Shown here one piece after another: positions 49,400-61,114 of a stretch of DNA of 64,000 nucleotides. Source of the DNA: Selaginella moellendorffii (taxonomy: Eukaryota; Plantae; Lycopodiophyta); assembly GCF_000143415.4 (NCBI RefSeq), contig NW_003314272.1, positions 2,071,728 through 2,135,727 of the forward strand, given 5' to 3'. The notes under the pieces were generated by a model. It ran no database searches. It saw only the letters and a program-made list of their open reading frames with translations, and had not been told where the DNA came from. Numbering within the stretch: the first letter of the stretch is position 1; the number at the start of each line of letters is the position of its first letter. Made by a program: the position numbers and the translations under genes.

Positions 49400-52300
49400 C
49401 TAATACTTCTGAAGGTCACAAAAATGAAGTGGTAACTATGCTAGAGGCCGACACGATCTTGAATAAGCAAGTACGAGAGACTATTGTCCAAGCTCAAAAA
49501 TATACTATTAGCAGGGTGTTAGGTGAAATGGCTTGGAAAGCATCCCAACATCTTCAAATTCCACTTTGCCATCTTGGTTGTGCTCAGCCTATGACCTCAA
49601 CATGGCTATTTATACCTTTTTCACAAAGGCTGCATTCAGGCACACTGCTGGATCATTTATTGTGTCGTCATCATTCCTGGAACAAATTGCATAGATATGG
49701 TTACTCACGAGATCAAGTAGACTTGGGATCAAATATGGCAAAGGAAATCTCAGGAGTTTGATACTTTGATGGCATGCCACAAGGAGACACAATCCTTTGT
49801 AGGTCGAATGTTCTTCATTATTGATGGAAACCACCAGTGGCTAGCATTTTAGAGGTGTAACTAAGAGAAGTTCCAAAATGATGACAAGTGACATATTTGT
49901 ATTCCAGTGACACTTGTGGAGTTAGAGGATCGAAACCAAGTTGTGAGGCTCAACTTGGCAAGTCATAAGATCAATATATCGGAATCCCTTACTAGTAACC
50001 TTTGTTCTCACCAACTATGTTACAAGTTTAATGATTTTGCTTTCCAAGCACATACCCTCGTCCATGATATCAAGCACCTTCAATATGTTGGCATGCTTTC
50101 TCTTGAGGAAATCTAGATGCTATATAGTTGTGAGGTTATGGAAACAGTTCAAGCAAAGCTTGTAGCACATAAGGCCAAGAGTTTCTTACTTGATATTATG
50201 TGCCTATGGATTTTTTTGGTTGTGGTCTGGTCAAAAGTATCCTTTTCTTACATGAACTTGTGTTTTCTACTTATAAGTTTTCCTTTTAGCCAATTGTCAA
50301 GGCAAAGCAAAACTCATATTTAAAGATTATGCAAGTGATAGATGAGGTGTAAGAGAACCTTGAACTGCAACAAATTGAGCAACGCATTTTGAACTCAAAG
50401 AAATCAAAGGTGAAGAAGCTACTTGCAATTGCAGACATCTAACTTAATAAAGATTGGTTGGATTGTATTGCAAAGATATGCTCTTGTGGCAGTAAGATAA
50501 TCTCTTTTATCTTTTCTCATTCCACTTTGAAATCCTTGTCCTTGCAGAAAATGGTAAGCACCTAAAGAATTGATCTATAACATCGCAAAAAGCAAGTTCT
50601 CCTTCAATGAGCAAACCTCTTGCTTGGAGCTCCTCAACACTTGGCATTGTAACAATGATAAGAGGTTGGAGAACAAATTTGAGAATGTGATGAAGGAGAA
50701 ACTTTATATCACTCAGAGTATTGTGGCTACTGAGGAGCTACTTCAAGCATGGGATACGAGGTTCCTTACTAATGCCCGCACCGGCATAACACTTCCAAAA
50801 TATGTCCAAGCTTCCCTTCAAGAGCTTGGGGATGGATGGCTTCTTGATGGTAGCTCAAGCTTCATGGATTTCAAGAACTAGCTAAGCCAACCATTTTTCT
50901 CGTGTCGCATAGCATATAAGTTAATTGCAAAAAATTTACTTGCTTATTTAATCATGGCTCTTTTGTAGGTATTTAAATCATTGCTCAGATGCTCTAGTGT
51001 ACATAGCAAGTGTTTTTCTCAAGCTCTTAATTGGTGGGAAGAAGCTTGGCATGTATAAGCTAGAGTTCCATTGTCCCATTGCGCGAGAGCAAGAACTTTG
51101 TCCATGGCATTTGGAGTTGTGGAGGCAAATGCCATCGTCACCTTTTGAGCTTGATCTCCACCTCAAGTGTCATCCAGGTTTGATGAGTAAAACTTCCTAG
51201 CAGTAACTTATATTTCTACTTTACTGTAGAGGCACTCTTGGAAGGAGTGGAGATGCCTCAAGACAGGGATGAGATTCATATTGAGCAGACTGAAGAGGAA
51301 CAAGTGGAGAATCCAGCTGAAAACTCTCCTACCCCATCTCATCCTACAACAGTTGCTCATTCCCCAGATCCTACTGCCGCTGCTTGTCCAACCTTGACTA
51401 CTCAAAATGTACGAAGGTAACTCCATAGTGAGGACGTCCAAAAGAGTAAGAACTTGATTTCCAATGACCTTGCTTATTGTAATTTGGTTGTAGATGTTAG
51501 AGAAACCAGCTAGCACTCTATACATTGACATATAAATGCATTCTTTCCATCCCTCCCCACTGCTACAAAGGATAACCTCCAAGAATTATCTTCATCAGCT
51601 TAATATGAAAAAAAAACATGTATTAAATTTAATATTTCCTGGTTTTGAACACTATTCAGGTTTGCCCTCTTTCTCTTATGAGAAGTGTTGGCAACGTGAA
51701 AATAATTATTGGGGACTACTTTTAGCTTTCCAATGACATGAGCTGAGAGTCTTTTATATTCCTTAGATGGATGCAAGGATTGGGAATGAACAATACCTTC
51801 GGCATCGACCTCGCATTCTTCAACTTGCCTAATGGGTTACCACCTTTACAAAGTGACACTACATCTTTCGACTGGATCATATTTCTCAAGTGGTGGATGT
51901 GGCATGCGATATGAGGGCATTATGCTAATCATTCTTCCCCGTTCTTTATTTTGGGGAGGCTTCTTGCAACGATGGCGGAGAATGATGACTCTAGATTGGT
52001 TGAGTTTGCATCAGGTTGCCTACTCTCAAACATCCTGGCTGAAACAAAAGGAGCAAGTGGCTAAATCCAAAAGGTTTGCATTTTCTTATTTTTCATATCT
52101 TAAATTGATTGCCTCTTTTCATTGTAAGTTTTAGTATGGAACTACGATGCTCTTTGCCACTACTCTTACTATCACTGTATTACACGAGCTGATGAGCATG
52201 CAAGTTTGGCATTGCCAAGATATGATAGCTCATTAGATATCATCCCGAATGTTATCAATGAGGACCATCATATAGAGTTCCCCTGGATATCGACACCGTT

Positions 52301-52479
52301 CACCAAAGGCCATGCAAATCCTCCTAGAGTTGTTTTGTCCTCCTAAGGGGATTGTGCTTGATGCTACAGCAAATTTTTGTTCAATGGTGCTAGTGGTTAA
52401 AGACACTGGCCATGCAATTTTTGCACTGGAGAAGGAGAGTGCATTGGAAGGTGTTCTTGGGATATTTCATAATAGGTGA
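49400..52479 (+). pseudogene. Strongly diverged ParB-MTase cargo gene (copy D, third subfamily)
   Basis: MFFIIDGNHQW at 49808-49840; IYNIAKSK; AFFNLPNG; AMQILLELFCPPKGIVLDATA...GHAIFALE at ~52310-52430. Confidence 0.78.
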
Positions 52480-53787
52480 TAATAAAGTATTAAATTTCTC
52501 ATTATAGCAATTCCATTATGGTTGTCTATATTAGGTGGATCGATGATATAGGCTATAATTTGCCATGTTATGCAGAAGGGGGATGGTCCAAAGTTGAGTT
52601 GAACTCATGAGTTGAGCTCAATTTAACACAATTCAACTCAAGTCAACATAGTCAATAAGAAATATTACAAAGGAGATCTAAATTGAACAAATGAAGGTTC
52701 TAGCAAACTTTCAAATATTAAAATATCTAAATATCTAAGTTAAAAGTTTTTATAAGATTGAATTGTTTAAAAAAGAGAAAGTTCATGAGAACCTATCTTT
52801 TATAAAACTATATTATTTTATTATGACAACTGTTACAGCTGTCATATTTGATTTGACTACTTAATATTTTGAATACTTTAGATACTATTCCTTCATTCAA
52901 AAGATTTTCTAGGGTTCTTGAGAAGATAGGAAGCAAGGAAAATAAAGGATCTATGAGTAAGAGTTATAGTGCAAAGGAATGTGAGAATGCTCATTTTGTT
53001 TCACTACCACAATCTCTATATTACACTCCTAGTCCTTATTACCCATCTGGGAATGTGAAGACCACTATCACAATTGATAAAAATGCTCTTGTTACTTCTA
53101 AAACAACAGTCCAAAGCAAGAGAAATGAAGAAATGAACAGCACAGTGGAAAGCACTAAGAAATCTACTCCATAAAACTTTCCATGACATTTGTAATTTAC
53201 ATATTAATTCATATTAAAAACTCTGTTGCTTGCCTATATCGCAATCCTCTCATATGATAAGACCAAGGTATATTTTGTAGTGAATCCTCATTAAAAGTTT
53301 TTGGGAATTGTTTATAAATAATGATAAAAGAAATCAAAATCTTTCAAAAGACTCAAAAGTAATATCACATCAAAGAATCAACTTTATCTACATTTCCAAG
53401 ACTGAAAGGTAATCTCAAATGAGAGAATGGTAGCATGCCAACGTGCTCTGCCACTATAATATAGTCTATATTTCCTTGTAGTTTATTTCCTTAGACATTT
53501 GGCATATGTAGAAAAGAATATATGTGTAGCAAAGTACGATTCATCATAATGATAGAGCATAGGTATACATGACAATCTAAAATTCTATAAGCTCTTATGT
53601 TTACAAGAAAGCTATGATTATGAAGCCCTATTTCCAAGACTGACATTTAAAGAATTTGAGTATTTTAAGTGTCATAATAAATAAACCTCATTCCCAAAAC
53701 TAAAACTTAGTATATAAACTATCTAGAAAAGTTATAATCATTGTAGGTTTTTTGTTCTCCTTAAGCTCCTTAGAAGTTTGTATTGAA

Positions 53788-54333
53788 ATGGCTCAAAGGA
53801 GAGTCATTGCTAGTCGTACTTGGCCCCCCAGCATTTCATATCAATCTCCACCTCCATCCCCAAGTTCTATCAACATTTCACCTTCACCTCCACATAACAA
53901 TTCTTTTTCTGCTGAAGGCTCTAGTGAAGCTAAACTAAAGCTCCCTATATGTGAAATTTTGGATCTTGCTACTAGAGAGGGATTGCCTCCAGCGCTTCAA
54001 GAGCAATGCCACATGTTTTTGCAAGATCTTGCTCCTGACATGGCAGGACTACTTGAAAGCACAGAACGCTATTACATTTGGTGTTCAATATGCTACTTTT
54101 TCTTGGACAAGACAAATGGCTTTATGGGTTTACAAACTTTTCTTGAGCACTGTAGGAATTGCCCAACTGCGGGTCTGGAAAATGTGCATGTGTGGATGTA
54201 CAATAGATTCAAGAATGAGTTACGGACATATACCCACTATCGCTTTATGGTGAGGAACAACATCCCCTTGGGAAACACTGCATTGGCTAATGCAAAATAT
54301 GGGGTTTTTAGGCCACCCTACAGTGGAATGTAA
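53788..54333 (+). CDS. Right-arm zinc-finger ORF, open copy
   Basis: Same length as and highly similar to 7527-8072. Confidence 0.6.
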   Translation: MAQRRVIASRTWPPSISYQSPPPSPSSINISPSPPHNNSFSAEGSSEAKLKLPICEILDLATREGLPPALQEQCHMFLQDLAPDMAGLLESTERYYIWCSICYFFLDKTNGFMGLQTFLEHCRNCPTAGLENVHVWMYNRFKNELRTYTHYRFMVRNNIPLGNTALANAKYGVFRPPYSGM

Positions 54334-55484
54334 GATCTAAAATTACTTTACTGTACTATAGTATTATCACTATTAAAAAGAAATATATAATAAAATGATA
54401 TTAGTTGTAGGTAACATGCCTTGTTCTAGAAGGTGTTATCATATCACATACAATTGTTTACAAAATGTTGAAGGAGGAGATGGCAACACACAAGTGCTAC
54501 AAAGTGATGGTGACAGATGAGAATGATAATCTGCAATTATGGTATCGGACACTGACACTGACATCTGACAATTTTACTGACATCTAACAATTTTACTGAC
54601 ATCTAACAATTTTACTGACATCTGACACTTTCACTAACATCTAATATATAACAAGCTTTCCATTTTATGTAAGGATGCAATTAACTTTTTTCTGCCTCAT
54701 CATTAACATAATGATTTCTTTTATACTTCTTCCTATATTAGTATTGTGGAGAAGATTCATCTTGCATATGTTGAGCCATGGCTTCTGCATAGTCAGGGAG
54801 ACTTCTAAAGCCTCAAATTCTAGAAACTCCAGATGACTGTAATCTATAAAATAGAATGAAACATATATTGAAATTTTAATAAACATAATTCACCTCCTTG
54901 AGGTTGAAGGCAACTCACGAAATCCTCTGAGCCGGCGTTTGAAGAAATGATGTTCTTCAATAGCAAACACTGACCTTCCAGCTACCTCCACCATAGAACC
55001 ACTACCTACTGTGCAATCAATCACAACACCATCTAGTGGGCAATAGAGCTCAAACAAGACTTGCATTGCCGATGGAGTTCAGAATCGGTACCCTAGAAAC
55101 ATGTTGCGGATCTGCTCAACCACAAGGTTGGGTATGATGTTAGTGGAACTGTCGTACCCAGGCAAAACACGTGCTACACGTTTGCTATCATGAAACCCAT
55201 CATGTGTGTTTCTGTAGAAGGCATGATAGGTCCACATCATAACCTAGAAAATAAAAATGTTTAGAAATTAGATAAAAATATAAAATACATACTCACCTTT
55301 TTAGGCTTCCCTTAGACGCCCCTCATATCAACGCCAATAGGATCTATGATGCACCCGGAAGAGAATGACTTGAAATGAACTTCTGCTGCGTACGTCATAA
55401 GCTCATACATCCAGTTGGGGTCGTTCGGTAGGATGAAGATGACATGGCCAGCTTCAAGCATAAGTGCTTCGGACAATAGGAATG

Positions 55485-55897
55485 TGTCAAGACCCCCAAC
55501 AAGATCAAGACTGGAAAATGCTAAAGACAAAGAGAAAAAGCTAGTGAAAACAAAGAAGAGGCCTTAGACTGGTGTTGATTCAGATTGTGGAGAAATGGAA
55601 CAAGGCTAACCTATATATACTATAGGTTGATGAAGCTCCACCACTCTTGAATCAAGGACGGCCTAAATATAGCTGAGGTCGAGGAGGCGCCACATCATCA
55701 TCAGGAATGTGGCTCGAGACTCAGGAATCGGGAAGTGTCTCGAGAGTCAGGAATAGGGAAGTGTCTCGAGAGTCAAGAATAGGGAAGTGTCTCGAGAGTC
55801 AGGAATAGGGAAGTGTCTCGAGAGTCAGGAATGTGGTTTGTAAGTCAGGAATCCAGCGAGAGTCAAGAATGTGGCAAGAATTGGGGGATTCCTGACA
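55485..55897 (-). repeat. 3' LTR containing a 26-bp tandem unit (TCAGGAATAGGGAAGTGTCTCGAGAG) x4
   Basis: Direct reading; about 9 substitutions versus the 5' LTR by manual count. Confidence 0.93.
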
Positions 55898-55908
55898 GCA
55901 CCCCCTCC

Positions 55909-58900
55909 TCAAGAACGAGTGGAACGAGGATGTGAACGAGAACGAAGAGGAGGATGAGATGAGTGGTGAGGGATGGGAGATGGAGAAAAAGAATGAGGAC
56001 TGGGACGAGAAGGATAGCGGCGGTGGAAGTCCTGAACAAGGTCAAGAGAATGAATCAGGTTGTCCGCAGGTTCCCAAGTGCGTTCCTCAGGTCCGTAACC
56101 CTTCCAATCCACCAGATAGTAGAGTTTAGACTGTGAAATCTTGGAATCAAGGATGTCCTAAACCTCATACTCAGACCCATCCTCGAGCTGCACTGGTGGA
56201 GGCGGAGGAATGACCCGATTTGGAATAGGACTGAGAATATAAGGCTCAAGGAGAGAGGAGTGAAAAACGGGGTGAATTTGATATGAGGAGGGAAGTGCAA
56301 GGCGATAAGTGACAGGATTAATGATGGCAGTGATAGGGAAAGGACCAAGGTGTTTGAAATCGAGTTTTGGACAGGGCCTGGTGGTGGAGATATTTCGCCT
56401 GAGGAGCCAGACTTTATCCCCGATATTGTAAGGGGGACAATCCTGACGATGGACATTGGCAAATGTTTTATGAGATTCCTGAGCACGATGGAGGTGGAAG
56501 GAGATGGAGTTGTGGATTTCCTGGAGGTTGGAGATAAATGCCTCAAAGCAGGGATTTGAACGAGAGGATTCAGATGGAGAAGGAAGTGAGAGATTGAATC
56601 GGGGATTTCGGCTAGAGTTTGCAAAGAAGGGGGAAACTCGAAGAGAGGAGTGAACAGAGTTGTTATAGGAGAACTCAGCAAGAGGAAGAATATCGAACCA
56701 GTTATTCTGATGATAGTTGATGAAGCACCTCAAGAATTGTTCCAACGTCTGAATCGTTCGCTCGGACTGCCCATCAGTTTGAGGATGATATGCCGAAGAG
56801 AGGTTGGCCTTCACTCCAAGCAGCTGCAAAAACCGTTGCCAGAAATGAGAGATGAACTGAGGCCCCCGATCTGAAACCACATATGTAGGAATCCCATGAA
56901 GTCGGAAAATTTCCCTGAATACCAGTTTTGCCATGTCCTCGCCCGAAAACTCCTTGGTACATGGCAAGAAGTGCGCCATCTTTGTGAAGTGATCCACCAC
57001 GACTAAAATGCTATTGAAGCCTCCAGAACTCGGAAGATCACTCAAGAAATCCATGGAGATGGATTCCTAAGGACCTGAAGGGACTGGAAGGGAACGAAGC
57101 AAACCTGAAGGAAGGTGGCGAGGTACCTTATTCTGGGCACAAGTGTCACAGGAGGTAACAAAAGCTTTGATGTAGTCGTCCATGTGAGGCCACCAAAAGT
57201 CCTGTGCAACTAGCTCATAGGTTTTCGCAATGCCGAAGTGACCAGCAGTCGGGCTATCGTGGCATGCCATCAGGACCAAACTTCGAGCATCACCTTCAGG
57301 AATGTAAAGCTGCTCCCCACGGTACAATAAACCATCTAAGAACTCGAACCCGTCAAATCGCCGACAGTCGGGAGTCACTGGGTGTCCAGCCTGAAGATGG
57401 GGGAAAATGTCACTAGCGAGATCATCGGATTGAAGATCGTTTCTCATTGCATCCATCAAGGAGGAGTCCTGAGGGGCCAGGGAAATTGCCATAACTTGAA
57501 GCCGATCAGGACCGAGGATAACTTGATCCTGTTGATCGAAGGCAGGATTACCAGGTCTGAGACTGAGATAGGAGCGCCTTGAAAGAGCATCAGAAAGGCC
57601 TTGAAACTTTCCAGGTCTGTACTTGATAACAAAGTCAAACCGACTTAGGAATTGTGCCCACCTTGCTTGACAACGGCTTAAAACTCGGGAAGTGGCAAAG
57701 TACTCGAGATTTTTGTGATCCGTCCAGACTGTTGTTTGATGGCTCGCCCCCTCCAAGAAACGGCGCCACTCTCCAAAGGAATCCACAATGGCAAGGAGCT
57801 CCTTGTCGTGGATTTCGTAATTGATCTCCGCAGGCTGGAATTTCCGAGAATGGAAAGCGACTGGATGAAGTTCGTGATCCGCTCCGAGTTGAGACAGCAC
57901 AGCACCAATGGCAAAGTTGGAGGCATCAGCCTCAATGAAGAAAGGTTGTGAGGAATCAGCATGGATCAAGACAGGAGCAGAACTGAAGGCCTCCTTGAGT
58001 GTGTCGAAGGCCTGCTGGGCAGCAGCAGACCAAGAGAAGGGAACATCCTTGCGAGTGAGATGTGTGAGAGGAAGGACAATGTCAAAGTAGTGATCAATGA
58101 ATTTGTGGTAGAAGTTGGCAAAGCCAAGGAAAACCTGAACGTCCGACATTGATTGTGGAAGCTCCCATTCGAGAATAGTCTTGACTTTGGCAGGATCCAT
58201 CGTGATACCCTCAGGAGTGACAATGTACCCAAGGAACTCCACAGACTGCTGATCAAAGGAACATTTCTCAAGCTTCGCGTATAGGCCGTGTTCTCGCAAC
58301 TTCGCTAGCACCTTGCGTACATGTTCGTCATGCTCCTCCTGAGTTTTTGAGTAGATGAGGATGTCATCGAGGTAGACGATCACCATCTGATCAAGAAACT
58401 CCCGAAAGACGTCGTTCGCCATGTGTTGGAAAACTGCTGGAGCATTTGTCAAGCCAAATGGCATGACAGTGTACTCGAAGTGGCTATAGCGGGTTCGGAA
58501 CGTAGTCTTCCATTCATCACCAGGCCGGATCCGGATCAGGTTGTATGCTCCACGGAGGTCAATCTTGGTGAAGAAGCGGGCACCGCCGAGATGTTCCAAT
58601 AGGTCCGAGATCAGGGGCAGCAGATAACGGTTCCGAACAGTCACCTTGTTCAAACCTCGGTAGTCGATGACTAGCCGCAAGCTCCCATCCTTCTTCTTGA
58701 CAAAGAATACAGGTGCTCCAGCCGGGGACTGCGAATGCTGAATGTAGCCCGAGGCAAGGTTCTCATCCACGTACTCTTTGAGGGCCTTAAGCTCGGACGG
58801 GGATAACCCGTAGATAGGCCCCCACGTAGGTGACGCTCCTTCCTGTAAATCAATGGGACAATCATAAGGCCGATGAACAGGCAGTACACTAGCTTTTTTC

Positions 58901-59667
58901 TTGTCAAACACATCCCCAAAATCATGATACTTCTCAGGAAGACTGACAGGAAAAACATGCAAAGCAAAAAGAAAAAGAGGTTCTTCATGAAGGATTTCTT
59001 TCATAGTGATTGTGGAGATAGGAGGAGGCGTACGACTAAATGGAATGATGAGACGAGGATACGGTTCAGTGTAAGATGGAAGAGAGGAAAAAGAAGAGGG
59101 TGAAGACTTTATAGAGTCAGGAACAGAACCCCAATTTGAGTTTAGGGAACTTTTCCTGATTCGGACTCGATGAACAGTAGGGGAAGCTGTGGGAGAGATG
59201 AGCTGTAATTCCTTCCAACAGATTTGAGGCTGATGTAGTTGGAACCAAGGAAGACCGAGCACCACAGAGGAGGACTTGCTGTTGATGATGTTGAAGGCGA
59301 TATCGGTGACGGTGGACCCAATGTGTACTCGAACAGGCAACGTTTCCCTAAGTCCAGAAGATGGAGACACAAAATGCCCGCCGATGCCTTCAACCCTCAA
59401 ATCCCGTATGGTAGGAGAAAGAGGAATGTGATGTCGGGCAGCAAAGTCCGTGTCCATGAAGCAGGAAGTTGCACCCGAGTCCAGTAACGCCAGAGCCTTG
59501 AGTCCTGATTGTTCGGTGAAAGAAAGGAGACATGGGACGCGGAAGTTGCGGGAATTGGTGGTGGCTTTGATGAAAGGTGGTGAGGAGCTTGATAAAGAAG
59601 AAAAGTGATTTTTATTCGGGGAGTCCAAACAGACAGCTCCTACTCTGTTTGGACAGGGTTGTTTCCC
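55909..59667 (-). pseudogene. pol: pol (PR-RT-RH-INT-chromodomain) with two in-frame stops
   Basis: ORFs 57067-59733, 56158-57054 and 55909-56112 share one frame, separated by single TAG codons. Confidence 0.9.
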
Positions 59668-60604
59668 GACTGCAATAGAGGTGGACTTTGAGGCAAAGTG
59701 AACTCGAGCAGTCGAGGAGGCTTCTTGGGACATACAGCTGCTTTGTGATTAGGATCAGCACAATAGAGGCAAAGATTATGAGATATTCGACGTTGCTTCT
59801 CAGCAGGACTCAACTTCCCTCTAATGAGTAGGGGAGTACCAGAAATATCCATCGGAACCGGAGCAGTAGGTTCAGGAGTATGCCCCGAAGACTCAAGCTA
59901 GGATTCCTAAGTTTGGGACGGAAAAACAGCGGCGCGGCGACTTTCCTGACGACGTTCAAAGAGACGATTGTCACATCGAACAGCTTTGTTGATGGCATCC
60001 GACAGGTCCTTGGGATCCTCCATGGTGAGCAACAAATCCTTGACACCGTTGTTGAGGCCGAAATGAAATTGGTCAATCAGAGCCCGCTCATCCCACTGAG
60101 TGTCCAAAGCAAGGAGTTGGAACTCTGCAGCGTAGATCGAGGCAGGACGAGACCCCTGAGAGAGACGTCTCATCTTTGTGGTAGCAGCCTGAACCCGATC
60201 CGTCTCGCCAAAACATGCTTCGAGCTTCTCTTTGAACAATTGAAGATCCATCAATTCTGGAACCACGACCCCTTTCATGCTCTTCTCCAAAAGAGGAGAA
60301 AACCATGACAAAGCTGCACCTTTGAGCAACGTCCCAATCGTGCCGATTTGAGACTCGAGAGTAGGGTACCGCCGATGTTGAAGTGCGAAGATCAACTCCA
60401 TCTGGTTCAGGAATCCGCGAAGCTCCGAACGCTTGCCTGAAACGGGAGGCTCACCTTCGGTTCAGGAACTTTGCTGGATCCTTGAGCCGAAAGTGAAGCA
60501 AGCTCCTGCTGCATGCGAAGAAGGGTCGCCTTCAGCTCGGTATTCTCAGACTGGATTTTTGCAAGGACTTCAGCAAAGAAATCAGGATGGCTTGGAGACT
60601 CCAT
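59640..60604 (-). pseudogene. gag: gag with frameshifts
   Basis: LLKGAALSWF, LSQG..ASIYAAEF, LIDQFHFGL, LCLYCADPNHKAAVC. Confidence 0.85.
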
Positions 60605-60701
60605 TGGCAAGAAGAAAGAAAAAAGGGGGAAAAAAAGGCAAAGGTAATCAAACAATCAAAGCGAGCTAAAAGAAAAGCAAAAACCACAATCTGAATCAAA
60701 T

Positions 60702-61114
60702 TGTCAAGACCCCCAACAAGATCAAGACTGGAAAATGCTAAAGACAAAGAGAAAAAGCTAGTGAAAACAAAGAAAAGGCCTTAGACTGGTGTTGATTCAG
60801 ATTGTGGAGAAATGGAACAAGGCTAACCTATATATACTATAGGTTGATGAAGCTCCACCACTCTTGAATTGAGGACAGCCTAAATATAGCTGAGGTCGAG
60901 GAGGCGCCACATCATCATCAGGAATGTGGCTCGAGACTCAGGAATCGGGAAGTGTCTCGAGAGTCAGGAATAGGGAAGTGTCTCGAGAGTCAGGAATAGG
61001 GAAGTGTCTCGAGAGTCAGGAATAGGGAAGTGTCTCGAGAGTCAGGAATGTGGTTTGCAGGTCAAGAATCCGGCGAGAGTCAAGAATGTGGCAAGAATTG
61101 GGGGATTCCTGACA
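60702..61114 (-). repeat. 5' LTR with TATA box at 60829-60836
   Basis: Matches 55485-55897. Confidence 0.93.

Larger units (their letters stand above)
55485..61114 (-). mobile_element. Full-length Ty3/gypsy chromovirus (Tcn1-like), 5.6 kb
   Basis: 413-bp LTRs at 55485-55897 and 60702-61114 (TGTCA...TGACA), TSD GAATG, PPT GAGGAGGGGGTG. Encodes gag with CCHC, PR (LLDSGA), RT (YLDD), RH, INT and chromodomain (YLVDWKGYGPEERTWEP). Confidence 0.95.

Noticed and set aside
55715-55830. CRISPR-like regular repeats
   Set aside because: Head-to-tail 26-bp tandem units with no unique spacers, inside an LTR; no cas genes.
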